A stretch of 64,000 bases of DNA from Lingula anatina (lineage: Eukaryota > Animalia > Brachiopoda): NCBI GenBank assembly GCA_051362555.1, contig CM120646.1:11594001-11658000 (forward strand). Reading direction: 5' to 3'. The position numbers and the translations under genes were made by a program. The notes beneath the pieces were generated by a model, which was not told where the DNA came from, did not search any database, and saw nothing but the letters and a program-made list of their open reading frames with translations. Shown piece by piece: positions 13,477-27,019 of this stretch. Numbering within the stretch: position 1 is the stretch's first letter; each line of letters starts with the position of its first letter.

Positions 13477-15263
13477 ATGGGTGAGCCATCCGTGCGAGAA
13501 AAGATGCCGTATTCAAAAAAGATACTAAAACTAATGGTGTTTTTGGTCTCATTATGTGTACTTTTTCTTGTCTCTGCTTTGATATGGTCTGCAATGCAGT
13601 CAAAACCAGGCGAGTTTAGATACGTGGCAGTTACTGGAAAAACAAAATCAAGCATGAATAGCAGTTCTCATGAGCATGAAGGCAGTAAAAGAACAGTTCC
13701 TAGAGGAGATGTGAACACCAAAGCAAATGGATCATATAAAAACGAAGAGATTTCGTTTTCAAAGTTTTCAACAATGAAATGCTCCAATTTACCCTTGGTG
13801 TCTCCAGATGAACCGCTAACCCAGCAGTGGATGCCTGTCATTCTCCCTTCAAACGATTCTCTGGATTATGTTTTCGCAGCATACCTCTACAACAGTGATG
13901 GCAGACGACGGGTGGTTGTTACATCCATGACTTCTAAAAACCACGTTCCATTTGTTTGTCAGATTTGGGCCCGGCCTAAAGGGTCGGAAGGCAAAGTAAC
14001 TCACCGGATTACACCCTGCTCGGGAAGAGCAGTCATGACTCCTGGGCTGTGAGTACATCTTACAATATAATAACATCAAAGCGATTAAATCAATACATTG
14101 TTGAGATAAATTCTGATAACAAACGGAAAAATGTTGAAAATATAATCAGTGGCAGTGTTGTTCACAAGACTAATTTTATAACCCCCCCCCCCCCATCACC
14201 ACAAGCGGTATCTACGGTTGACAAAAAAAAATACTTTGGCCCATTGATTTGCAAGGTGTATGTTTGTTTGGTAAATACAAATAAAGGTTTCACGCTTATC
14301 GCACTTTTCAACGTAAACTCTATCTTTTACAGTTTCAAAGCCACTCTCCTTTATTGTACCATCAAGACTGACGAAGAGCCGTTTGCAGTTTCAATTGTAC
14401 AGGCCAAAGACCCGTGTTCAGCCCCACACAATGTTTTAAGAATCCAGGATGCTAGTTTTCCAGACGACAAGAACGTAACTGTTGCCGTATGCGTTAAGCC
14501 TCTTTACGGAAGTTATGGTGGCTTTAATAGGACTGCAAGATTGGTTGAATTTATTGAAGTTTATAAAATGCTTGGTGCAGGCTTTTTCACTATGTATGCT
14601 TTTGATCTAAATTACAACGTAACTTATCCTATTTTAAAATATTACAAGCAAGAAAAGCGACTCTCCATTATACCGTGGCACGCACCGCCAAACCTGAAAC
14701 AATTTGTCAATTATCCAAAGAGTTGGTACAGAGATATTGGGCAAACCATAGCCCAAACTGACTGTCTTTACAGGAGTATGAGGAAGTACACTCACGTAGC
14801 CATGGTAGACATTGATGAATTTCTCATTCCTAGATCCAACATGACTTTCCAAAAACTATTCAGTGTGTTACCAAAACATCAAGGAGTGTATACATTTCGG
14901 AACAGGTTTTTCCAGATGGACAATAACCCTCAAAGGCTCTCTGCTGCTTTCAAGGATTCAAGGATTCGAAAATACCGACCAAAAACTATTATAGCTCCCC
15001 GTGGAATGCGAGCTATAGATAAAAGACCGAAGTACATTGCTCTTGCAAAGGGCACATGGGGTGCTTTGACACACCGCGCAAAATTAAACCATGGTTACAA
15101 AGACTATGTGGTTCCAGTGGAACTAGGGGCTATGCACCATTATCGAAACTATATTAAAAGTCTGGCTGGAGAATATGATCCATATATGTTATCATATAAA
15201 GAGGAAATACTGCAAAGGATGGAATATGTGTTCAATGAAACAAAGGCGATGCTAGTGAATTAA
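13477..15263 (+). CDS. Glycosyltransferase family 92 (DUF23) type II membrane protein, copy 1, 500 aa
   Basis: Exons 13477-14048 and 14333-15263 (phase-2 GT-AG intron). N-terminal TM anchor; GT92-type motifs VCVKPL, EFIExYxxLGA, GQxxAxxDCLYR, DxD (DIDE), HHYR. Confidence 0.88.
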
Positions 15264-16622
15264 CTCTAGCATGTATATCTGGAATACATGTAGGTATAAT
15301 AAGGTGTTACAATTAACCCATGTGTGCTACGGGATTCCCACGGCATTGGGTTGCATAGGATGTAACCCTCTAAAGGTCTCTAGTAACCCACATTTCAATT
15401 ATTATCGTGGAAACAAAATCATCATTCAATGACCAAACACTTTTTATTCAAGTGCTTACTTTTCCAAAGGTGGCGGTTTGGACTGGCGACTAGGGTGACT
15501 AGGTGATTCTTGACCAATTAAATAACAGGGATTTGGGTAATTGTATGATGATATGGAAAATGGTTATAATATAATTTAATATCTATATTGTATCACATTA
15601 TTGCAAGTAAAAATATTATATGCCATTTCATTCGTTTACTCATCGAACACGTTTATATTAACGTCTGTTCACTGTAATTTATTTGTCACAAACCTGGGAT
15701 TATGTCATTATTGACAGAGACAAGATGTTGGTACCAGACGAGAAATATTAAAGATACATATTAAGCGAGAAGACAAGTAATTCCATTCCCAGATAGTTTC
15801 AAATAGTATACAAACCACAGGGTTTCGTATCATTGTTGCATTTCATTTTTCGTTTCAATACAAACTGGAGAGAGGTGTGGCTAGAAATTAATAGAAGGTG
15901 CAATTTTAACACCCTTAAAATTAATCAATAATAATTTCGGATATTATTTAAGTAGGTTATACTGCACTTCTACGCCAAAAATCACATAAGGTTATACAGA
16001 GAGGAGCATTAAGGCGGTAGCTTAGCAGCACGATTGAAATATGCTGAATAGCTTCCAAATCTACTCTTACAGAAGACAAGTTGAATTTACAGGCAGCATA
16101 CGAGCACAATACGGACGTCTCATGGCAAGTGTAATTTAGGCTTAAACAAGCGAAAATATAACAAATCTACAAATCAGTCTTCTGAAGATTATTTAGTTTT
16201 GCCCATTACCTCAGACGGCACGATCCATGGTTTCAAATTAATGCTGACCGTTGCAATATGATGAAAATGTAGATCGTAGATTGAAAGACAAAAAACTAAC
16301 AAGTCAAATCAAAATTAAACATTTAAAACGAAACTACGCATAGAACAAACCGCTAGCAAGGTAGGAGTTAAAACGAGTTTCAGTCTATAGAAAGGAACAG
16401 TACCGGTGTACAGAGTGATAGAGTCCCCCGTGATAGAGAACCGCTTCCCGTTCATTTGTACAGATGAACCTCCCCCTAGATTTTGCCTCACTTAAGTGAG
16501 ACTAACCCTAACCATTATAACTATATGGAGGGTAGAATTTTCTATTACACGGACCCTCAGTTTCGTTACACTGGCAGATAAGTAACTGTGTAATTACAGT
16601 CGGCTTACAGTAATCGATAATA

Positions 16623-16854
16623 AAAGGAACAAGAGGAGACAGGGTTGTGCCGGAAGTGACGACCAGTTGGGTAAGACATGAAGCTGAGTGGTCATTTTTA
16701 GCTGGAGGTGAACGGGAGTGAAGACGTGGGCTCAGAGGAAAAAAACGTTTTTTCCAACAACACGGAAAGATAACGTTATTTACATGTCTTACACCACACT
16801 TCTGTTCACTTTTGATGTCACTTCTGGCACAATCCACTCTCCTTCGGTTTTCTT
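16623..16854. mobile_element. ~230-bp MITE in upstream spacer (paralogous copies at ~20463-20682 and ~29320-29512)
   Basis: Imperfect TIRs AAGGAACAAGAGGAGAC...GTGCCGGAAGTGAC vs GTCACTTCTGGCAC...CTCCTTCGGTTTTCTT; homologous to the termini of the element at 29559-31905. Confidence 0.6.
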
Positions 16855-17289
16855 ATTAAATCCCTACCTAGGATAAACAGGGAGAGAAGCCGCCTTCGGT
16901 GGACAAGAGGAGATATGCATATGCAGGCACATAGTACTGGCTTGACGTCTGCTTATTTGCATTGCCATTGTGTTTCCCTATAATTATTAATTCAAATCGT
17001 ATACCCTTACATATGTCAGAAAATGATAGATTAGTTATTGTGTGACAAATGATAGACTGGAAGCCGCACGTTCAATTATTAATGTTATGTAATACTGAAA
17101 CCACACTGGTAGCGAATAGCCCATCTCTGTATGTATCCGAAATCTTTTGAAAAATTTATACTGCAGTGTCGGTAGACAATTGTAGCGAATGTTTTTCGTA
17201 TACACTGGAGGCTGAAGTGAAAATTCTGGGGCAGAAGTTAGGCATGAGAAATCAGTGAGACATAAGAGAGCCATCCTTGCAAGAAAAAA

Positions 17290-19054
17290 ATGTTGTATTC
17301 AAAAAAGATACTAAAACTATGGACGTCTTTGGTCACATTGTGTGCACTTGCTCTTGGCGCTGCTTTGCTATGGTCTGCAATGCAGTCAAAACCAGGCGAG
17401 TTTAAATACGTGGCAGTTGGAAAAACAAAATCCGGAATGAATATCAGTTCTCATGAGCATGAAGACAGTAAAAGAATAGTTCCTGGAAGAGATGCCAACA
17501 CCAAAGCAAATGGATCATATAAAAACGAAGAGATTTCGTTTTCAAAGTTTTCAACAATGAAATGCTCCAATTTACCCTTGGTGTCTCCAGATGTACCGCT
17601 AACCCAGCAGTGGATGCCTGTCATTCTCCCTTCAAACGATTCTCTGGATTATGTTTTCGCAGCATACCTCTACACCAATGATGGCAGACGACGGGTGGTT
17701 GTTACATCCATGACTTCTAAAAACCACGTTCCATTTGTTTGTCAGATTTGGGCCCGGTCTAAAGGTTCGGAAGGCAAAGTAACTCACCGGATTACACCCT
17801 GCTCGGGAAGAGCAGTCATGACTCCTGGGCTGTGAGTACATCTTACAATATAATAACATCAAAGCGATTAAATCAATACATTATTGAGATTAATTCTGAT
17901 AACAAACGGAAGAAATGTTGAAAATATAATCAGTTGCAGTGTTGTTCACAAGACTGATTTTTATCATCCCCCCCCCCCCCCCAAATCACCACCAGCGGTA
18001 TTTAATGTTGACCAAAAAAAAAAACTTTGGCCCATTGATTTGCAAAGTGTATGTTTGTGTGGTAAATACAAATAAAGGTTTCACGCTTACGGCCTTTTTC
18101 AGCGTAAACTCTATCTTTTACAGTTTCAAAGCCACTCTCCTTTATTGTACCATCAAGACTGACGAAGAGCCGTTTGCAGTTTCAATTGTACAGGCTAAAG
18201 ACCCGTGTTCAGCCCCTCACAATGTTTTAAGAATCGAGGATGCTAGTTTTCCAGGCGACAAGAACGTAACTGTTGCCGTATGCGTTAAGCCTCTTTACGG
18301 AAGTTATGGTGGCTTTAATAGGACTGCAAGATTGGTTGAATTTATTGAAATTTACACAATGCTTGGCGCCGGCTTTTTCACTATGTATGCTTTTGATCTA
18401 AATTACAACGTAACTTATCCTATTTTAAAATATTACAAGCAAGAAAAGCGACTCTCCATTATACCGTGGCACGCACCGCCAAACCTGAAACAATTTGTCA
18501 ATTATCCAAAGAGATGGTACAGAGATATTGGGCAAACCATAGCCCAAACTGACTGTCTTTACAGAAGTATGAGGAAGTACTCTCACGTAGCCATGGTAGA
18601 CATTGATGAATTTCTCATTCCTAGATCCAACATGACTTTCCAAAAACTATTCAGTGTGTTACCAAAACATCAAGGAGTGTATACATTTCGGAACAGGTTT
18701 TTCCAGATGGACAATAACCCTCAAAGGCTCTCTGCTGCTTTCAAGGATTCAAGGATTCGAAAATACCGACCAAAAACTATTATAGCTCCCCGTGGAATGC
18801 GAGCTATAGATAAAAGACCGAAGTACATTGCTCTTGCAAAGGGCACATGGGGTGCTTTGACACACCGCGCAAAATTAAACCATGGTTACAAAGACTATGT
18901 GGTTCCAGTGGAACTAGGGGCTATGCACCATTATCGAGACTATATTAAAAGTCTGGCTGGAGAATATGATCCATATATGTTATCATATAAAGAGGAAATA
19001 CTGCAAAGGATGGAATATGTGTTCAATGAAACAAAGGCGATGCTAGTGAATTAA
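17290..19054 (+). CDS. GT92 glycosyltransferase, copy 2, 490 aa
   Basis: Exons 17290-17831 and 18124-19054; intact frame. The upstream ATG of copy 1 is ATA here, so the second Met is used. Exon 2 is almost identical to copy 1. Confidence 0.87.
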
Positions 19055-21088
19055 CTCTAGCATGTATATCTGGAATACATGTAGGTATAATAAGGTGTTA
19101 CAATTATCCCATGTGTGCTACGGGATTCCCACGGCATTGGGTCGCATAGGATGTAACCCTCTAAAGGTCTCTAGTAACCCACATTTCAATTATTATCGTG
19201 TAAATAATTCATCAATCAGTGAGGAAACATACTCTATTTAAGTGCTTACTTTTCCAAAGGTGGCGGTTAGGACTGGCGACTAAGGTGACTAGGTGATTCT
19301 TGACCAATTAAATAACAGGGATTTTGGTAATTGTATGATGATATGGAAAATGGTTTTAATATAATTTAATATCTATATCGTATCACATTATTGCAAGTGA
19401 AAATGTTATATGCTATTTCATTCGTTTTATGCTATTTCATTCGTCTACTCATTGAACACGTTTATATTAACGTCTATTCACTGAAATTTATTTTTTTACT
19501 AACCTGGGTTTATGTCACTATTGACAGAGGCAAGATACTTGTAACAGACGAGAAATATTAAAGATTTATGTTAAACGAGAAGACAAGTAAATCCATTCCC
19601 AGGTAGTTTCAAATAGTATACAAATTTCGTATCATTGTTTCCTTTCAAGTTTCGTTTCAATACGAACTGGAGGGAGGTGTGGTCAGATATTTTAATATTT
19701 AATATTAATATAGAAGGTGCAATTTTAACACCCTTAAAATTAATCGGTAATTAATTTGGGATATTTCTGTGGTAAGAAAATTTTATTTCAGTAGATTATA
19801 CTGTACTTCTACGCCAAAAATCACATAAAGTTAAACAGAGAGGAGCATTAAGCCGGTAGCTTAGCAGCACGATTGAAATATGCTAAATAGCTTCCAAATC
19901 TACTCTTACAGAAGATAAGTTGGATTTACGGGCAGCATACGAGCACCTTAAGGACTTCTCATGGCAAATGTAATTAGGGCCTAAACAAGCGAAAATACAA
20001 ATAATCTACACATCAGTCTTCTGAATATTATTTTATTTTGCCCATTACCTCAGACGGCACGATCCATGGTTTCAAATTAATGCTGACCGTTGCAATATGA
20101 TGAAAATGGAGATCGTAGATTGAAGGACAAAAAACTAACAAGTCAAATCAAAATTAAACATCAAAAACGAAATTACCCTAAGTATAGAAAAAACCACTAG
20201 CAAGGTAGGTGTTAGGACGTGTCTCAGCCTATAGAAAGGAACAGTACCGGTGAAACTTGACAGAGTCTCCCATGATAGAGAGTCTGCTTCCCATTCATTT
20301 GTACAGGTGGCATCACCCTAGATTTTAACCCACCTAGGTAAGACTAACCCTAAACATTATAACTGCATGGAGGGCGGGCTTTCTGTTACACGGACCCTCA
20401 GTTTAGTTTCACTGGCAGATAAGTAACTGTGTAACTATTATTGGTTTACAGTAATCGATAATAAAAGGAACAAGCGGAGACAGGATTGTGCCGGAAGTGA
20501 CGTCTAGTGGGGTAAGACATGAAGCTGAGTTCTCATTTTTATCTGGTGGTGAACGGGAGTGAAAACGTGAACTGAGAGAAAAAAAGCGTTTTTTCCAACA
20601 ACATGTAAAGACAACATTATTTACACGTCTCATACCACCAGATGTCACTTCCAACACAATCCTGCCTCCTCCGGTTTTCTTTATCAAATTCCCGCCCGTA
20701 TATAAACAGGGTGAGAAGCTGCCTCCGATAAACAAGCGGAGATTTGCATTTCCACACACGTAGCACTGGTTTGACGTCTCCTTATTTGAATTGCGATTGT
20801 TTCCGTATAATTCTTACAACCAGACTGTAAACCCTTACATAAGTCAGATCGATTAGTTATTGCGTGACAAATAATACACAGGAGCATTTATTAATGCTAT
20901 GCTATATTGAAACCACACTGGTAGACAATTTTTTTATATATCCGAAATCGTATGTAAATTTATACTGCAGTGTTGGCAGACAATTGTAGCGTATGGTTTT
21001 CGTCTACGCTGGAGGCTGAAAAGAAAATTAGCAGAAATTAGGCATGTGAAATCAGTTAGACATAAGAGGACCATCCTTGCAAGAAAGA

Positions 21089-22856
21089 ATGTCGTATTCA
21101 AAAAAGATACTAAAACTATGGACGTTTTTGGTCTCATTGTGTGCACTTTCTCTTGTCGTTGCTTTGATTTGGTCTGCAATGCAGTCAAAACCAGGGGCGT
21201 TTAGATATGTGGCAGTTGGAAAAACAAAATCAAGCATGAATATCAGTTCTCATGAGCATGAAGACAGTAAAAGAACAATTCCTGGAAGAGATGGGGGCAA
21301 CAATGCAAATGGATCATATAAATATGAAGAGATTTCGTTTTCAAAGTTTTCAACAATCAAATGCTCCAATTTACCGGCGGTGTCTCCAGATGTACCCCTT
21401 ACCGAGCAGTGGATGCCTGTCATTCTCCCCTCGAACGATTCGCTAGATTTTGTTTTCGCAGCATACCTCTACACCAATGATGGCAGACGACAGGTGGTAG
21501 TTACATCCATGACCTCTAAAAACCACGTACCATTTGTTTGTCAGATTTGGGCCCGATCTAAAGGGTCGGAAGGCAAAGTAACTCACCGGATTACACCCTG
21601 CTCGGGAAGAGCGGTCATGACTCCTGGGTTGTGAGTACATCTTACAATATAATAACATCACAGCGAGTAAATCAATACATTGTTGAGATTAATTCTGATA
21701 ACAAACGGAAAAATGTTGAAAATATAATCAGTGGCAGTGTTGTTCACAAGACTAATTTTATAATCCCCCCCCCCCCCCCCCCCCCCCATCACCACAAGCG
21801 GTATCTACTGTTGAAAAAAAAAAAATACTTTGGCCCATTGATTTGCAAGGTGTATGTTTGTGTGGTAATTACAAATAAATGTTTCAAGCTTATCACCTTT
21901 TTTAACGTAAACTATATCTTTACAGTTTCAAAGCCACTCTCCTTTATTGTCCCATCAAGACTGACGAAGAGCCGTTTGCAGTTTCAATTGTACAGGCCAA
22001 AGACCCGTGTTCAGCCCCTCACAATGTTTTAAGAATCCAGGATGCTAGTTTTCCAGACGACAAGAACGTAACTGTTGCCGTATGCGTTAAGCCTCTTTAC
22101 GGATGTTATGGTGGCTTTAATAGGACTGCAAGATTGGTTGAATTTATTGAAGTTTATAAAATGCTTGGTGCAGGCTTTTTCACTATGTATGCTTTTGATC
22201 TAAATTATAACGTAACTTTTCCTATTTTAAAACATTACAAGCAAGAAAAGCGACTCTCCATTATACCGTGGCACGCACCGCCAAACCTGAAACAATTTGT
22301 CAATTATCCAAAGAGATGGTACAGAGATATTGGGCAAACCATAGCCCAAACTGACTGTCTTTACAGAAGTATGAGGAAGTACACTCACGTAGCCATGGTA
22401 GACATTGATGAATTTATCATTCCTAGATCCAACATGACTTTCCAAAAACTATTCAGTGTGTTACCAAAACATCAAGGAGTGTATACATTTCGGCACAGGT
22501 TTTTCCGGGTGGACAATAACCCCCAAAGGCTCTCTGCTGCTTTCAAGGATTCAAGGATTCGAAAATACCGACCAAAAACTGTTATCGCTACCCGTGGAAT
22601 GCGAGCTATGGATAAAAGACCGAAGTACATCGCTCTTGCAAAGGGCACATGGGGTGCTTTGACACACCGCGCAAAATTAAATCATGGTTACAAAGACTAT
22701 GTGGTACCAGTGGAACTAGGGGCTATGCACCATTATCGAGACTATATTAAAAGACAGGCTGGAGAATATGATCCATATATGTTATCATATAAAGAGGAAA
22801 TACTGCAAAGGATGGAATATGTGTTCAATGGAACAAAGGCGATGCTAGTGAAATAA
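21089..22856 (+). CDS. GT92 glycosyltransferase, copy 3, 490 aa
   Basis: Exons 21089-21630 and 21926-22856; open frame checked across the splice junction; same motifs as copy 1. Confidence 0.87.
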
Positions 22857-22947
22857 CTCTAATATGTATATCTGGTATACATGTAGGTAAAATAAGGTGT
22901 TACAATTATCACATGTGTGCTACTGGATTCCCACGCCATTGGGTCGC

Positions 22948-23444
22948 CAGGGCCGTAGCCTCTGGGTGGGCAGGGGGGGGGGGCAGTTGCCCCCCCTGGG
23001 ATTTGAGGTGCAAAAAAATAATCGCAAAGGTAAAAAAAAAATTGCACAGTTGGTATCAATTCTGTACCTGAGAAAATGCACTAATGGCCACAAGACAATC
23101 ATTCAACAATCTGTTTACAAAGGAGTACTGTTTCTAGCCAACTCACTTCATGCCAAAAAGCTCACCCTCCCTTAGGGAGCTATCCCCCAGGCCAATTGGC
23201 GTGTTGTGTTGAAAAAATGACTGTACTTATGGCAAAATGAACCCACAATTTCTGACTTCTGATTTAGCAATAAATAACAGTTAAAATGCACCAGCATGCA
23301 GTATTATACATACAGCTTTTATAAATTTTCCACACCGTGGGAGGGGGACACCCCCTACCAAACCCTCCCCCCTCGGGGGCTTCACCCCCTCGTGTCCGCT
23401 TACTGCCCCCCTCCCCCTGGCATTTTGCTCAGGCTACGGCCCTG
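22948..23444. mobile_element. hAT-like MITE with 5-bp TSD
   Basis: TIR CAGGGCCGTAGCC / GGCTACGGCCCTG; GTCGC duplicated (22943-22947, 23445-23449). The empty site TTGGGTCGCATAGG is visible in the copy-2 3' flank near 19140. Confidence 0.9.
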
Positions 23445-23469
23445 GTCGCATAGGATGTAACCCTCTTAA

Positions 23470-23807
23470 AGGGATAATAACTCTTCGTATGAGACCTATA
23501 TTTCACAATAAAAACCTTGTGAATAACTCATAGAAATATAATATATTCTGTTTTACCACAAAAACAGCAGTTATAGCTTTTATTCTGATATTTGAACTTG
23601 TCTTTAGACCACGTGACCTCCATTGATGTCTATACTCTGTTAAAATCTCTTAAGAGATTTTAACAAAAAAAACAAACTTTTTAGAAAAAAACCAGGGACT
23701 AACTTTGAATGTAAAAATGGATTCATTAACCATTGGTAAGTATGGGAAAATTGTTGTTTACTCCAGAAAAATTCATTTTTTGGCCGAAACGAAGAGTTAT
23801 TATTGCT
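23470..23807. mobile_element. TTAA-targeting MITE with AG termini (Kolobok-like)
   Basis: TIR AGGGATAATAACTCTTCGT / ACGAAGAGTTATTATTGCT, with TTAA on both sides. Absent from the paralogous flanks of copies 1-2; a related inverted copy lies at 44265-44569. Confidence 0.85.
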
Positions 23808-25389
23808 TTAAGGTCTCTAGTAACCCACATCTCAATTATTATCGTGGAAACAAATTCATCATACAATGACCAAACACTGTTTATTCAAGTGCTTACTTTT
23901 CCAAAGGTGGCGGTTTGGGCTGGCGCGAAAAGGTGACTAGGTTATTCTTGACCAATCAAATAAGACGGATTTTGGAAATTGTATGATGATATGTAAAATG
24001 GTTTTAATATAATTTAATATCTATATCGTATCACATTATTTCAAGTAAAAATGTTATATGCTATTTCATTCTTTTACTCATCGAACACGTTTATATTAAC
24101 GTCTATTCACTGTAATTTATTTTACATTAACCTGGGTTTATGTCACTTTTGACAGAGGCAAGATGCTGGTACCAGACGAGAAATATTAAGTACCAGTCTC
24201 TGTAAGAATCAGAAAAATAACATAGGGGCATTGGAACATGACCCTCCCAGATTTTGTTTTCTTTTAATTTATTGTGAAGAACTATGCTAAAAACTAATAA
24301 ATTGAGCCCGAAAAGTTGCATATTTAAAATAATTTATTTTTTAGAGCGTTTTATATTTAAGCCTGAAATTTTTCTCCCATATGCTTTTCTATATAAAATG
24401 TTCAGGTAACCCCATATTCACTGACAAATAACTCGTATGGCCGACGTAGTTATGTAAGATGGCTATACAAGATGTTTACAGCATATATTCAGGTACCAAA
24501 AAATGAAATAAATTTTTTTTCAAAACACAAAATGGTTAAATTACGTTAAAAACAATCAACGCTAAAACTACGCGAAAAAGACCATCTGCGCATGCGCAGT
24601 AGCGGTGACTGCTAAACTACGAACTCATTCAGATGTAAATAAATTGAATTAAGGTTATATATCTCATGAAATGGATTTTTTTTGGATAAATGGCACTTGT
24701 TTTCTGGATCATTTATTGCTTGGATTGTTTTTATGCTGACTGGTGTGTAGTATTTGTTTCCGCACATCGTTTTTTTATATACAACATAACTAATTTTATC
24801 CAAGATGGCGGGAGCTCTGATTGCCGTCGGTTTCGTATGTGGAAGGAGAATGCACACAGTTATTTATTTACGGCATGATATGCAATTTTTCATAAATTAC
24901 CCAAAAGAAAGGACTGGTAGAACTTTATGGTCGTAAATAATCGGCACGACTAACTACGGATATCAAGAAAACTACCAGGTACATGTACCACTGTGAAAAC
25001 CTCGTCTTCTCCCTCACGTGCAGTTGCCGTTAATATCCGATATAATCGACAAATAAGTAAAGCACTGTCAGTTACTATACTCTAAATTACAGTCAGTGTT
25101 AACTTTGATACAGGTTTTCTAATAAAGTTTTGATGTTCAACGTGAGTTTGTGTTTTACGGCTATTTACTGCTTGAGTATGGTCTACCTCCAATTTAAAAC
25201 AGCGCCCTGTAAGGCCCGTCGTGCCCTCTCAGGTACTTGAAGTCGATAACAAAACAGATTACTTGAATACTTAATATATACAGTAGAAATTGGTACTCAT
25301 ACAAGTGGAAGAAATTTCTAGTTCTTCACAACCAGGATTTTAAATAAAAAAACTTGTAAAATAAAATAGACATGTAAAAGATATCTGTC

Positions 25390-25533
25390 AATAATAATAA
25401 TAATATTCTTATATGGTGCCTTACGTGCTACCTCAAGGCGCCTTACAATAATATAACTAAAATCATTAAAAATCACTACAATATTTAAATCTGAAACAAT
25501 TGGAAACCATTTAAAATTAACACTACTAAAAAC

Positions 25534-25601
<68 letters not shown>

Positions 25602-25975
25602 TAAGAGATATAGACAGATTTAAAAATGTGAGTTTTAAGAAGGGATTTAAAACTGTCAAAGTCGTCTGCTTTTCTAATAAAATTTGGTAAGGCGTTCCAT
25701 AATTTGGAGGCATAGATTATAAAAGCCCGATCTCCATAACTTTTGAGGCACCCCTTCTCTAAAATAGACTGTTCTAAAATAAGGTCATTCTCAGTATTAA
25801 AATGTGTGGACCGCCATGGTCAGTTAAAACAGATAGGATCAGATAAATATAATGGTCCTTGTGTATGTATCGCCTTAAAAATAATACAAATACAAGCAGC
25901 CAATTTTATCCTTTCAGAATGGGAGTGATATGGTGTGTACTATTGCGCTTTATTTGACAAACCAGTCTTGCAGCT
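25390..25975 (-). mobile_element. 3' fragment of L2/CR1-group LINE (with an embedded (TA)n at ~25535-25597)
   Basis: Minus-strand translation AARLV...HITPIL...FKAIH..GP.YLSD...SYGDRAF..YASKLWNALPNFIRKADDFDSFKSLLKTHIF (typical ORF2 C-terminus), followed by a GCGCCTT...AAGGCAC stem-loop and an (ATT)n tail. Confidence 0.8.
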
Positions 25976-27019
25976 CAGTTTTTCTCGGAAAGATATAGCA
26001 GTACATTAGATTTTCAGTCACAAAAAATACTAAATGAGAAAACAAGTTAGCATTACTTTATAAGCCTTGATAATCATGCTATTTGTATTAAAGGCTCACC
26101 TAATCAAGTCCTGCTTAGTATAATGCTCCCACAGTTTTGATATCATAAAGTCTGTGTTATCCATAAATTTTTCTCATATTTCTTTACTGAAAACTAGCAG
26201 GTGACCTAACTTTACTCTTTACATTAAAAATTGTAAATAGTAACTTAAATAGGGGAAATTATCATAATGATACTTTCTACCTGATTGTAACATGCCAAAT
26301 TAGTCCTCAGTGTTGAGGCAGATGTTGGACTCGTCAAAATGTATGATCATGCATGATTCTCGGGACAAAATGCATCAAATACTATCATGTTGAGGCACCC
26401 TTAACATTGATAACTGCTTTGCTTTGATATCACAACTTCTAACAGTGTAGCTGGTTACCAATGGACTTTACTTACAACAAATATTCTTACAAATAAGTTG
26501 TATACCAAAAGAAAATTCGCAAAATTAATAAATGATGAACATCTTAGGGCAAGGAGCATGAGGGAAAATATATATTGGTATTTTAAGTTTGTGACAAAAA
26601 TGCTGAACACCATAATAAATATTCATATAATTTACTACTATGCAGAGAAGATGCCTCATTTTCTTTCAAATAAGAAAGACTAAATACATGTTTTATTTCA
26701 CTGTAACTTGTTTAAAATATATTCATATACAATTAAAAGAATCAAATAAAAATGTTAACTAATCTGGGGTGGGCACTGCTAAATCCACGCACATTATAGA
26801 TAGTAGTTTATGAATTAGGGAATTTTTTTCCTGGACAGTGGTAGAAAGTCCACAAGAGATTGAAACTGAAGCTGAGACTGGTAGGAGATATTTCTCAACT
26901 ATTGGATGTCAACCAAAAGAATACCACCACATTGCTGTTATTGTATGACCTTGAAAGATTGTCCCATTGTGAAAATTCATCATTTTAAAGTTTTTTTTAA
27001 AGATCACAAAAATATTTAC

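Noticed and set aside
14049-14332. 404-aa ORF 14049-15263 (and 17939-19054) as a stand-alone gene
   Set aside because: The N-terminal part is intron read-through. The frame is not preserved in other copies because of homopolymer length changes, and splicing to exon 1 explains the gene.
14634-14852. Recurring antisense ORFs (MESHVGSRNE..., MMLLYCKMYSQ...) in each GT92 copy
   Set aside because: They recur only because the sense genes are near-identical duplicates; there is no independent coding evidence.
25318-25713. ORFs with IYIYIY runs (also 43732, 43827, 48665)
   Set aside because: Translations of (TA)n microsatellites.
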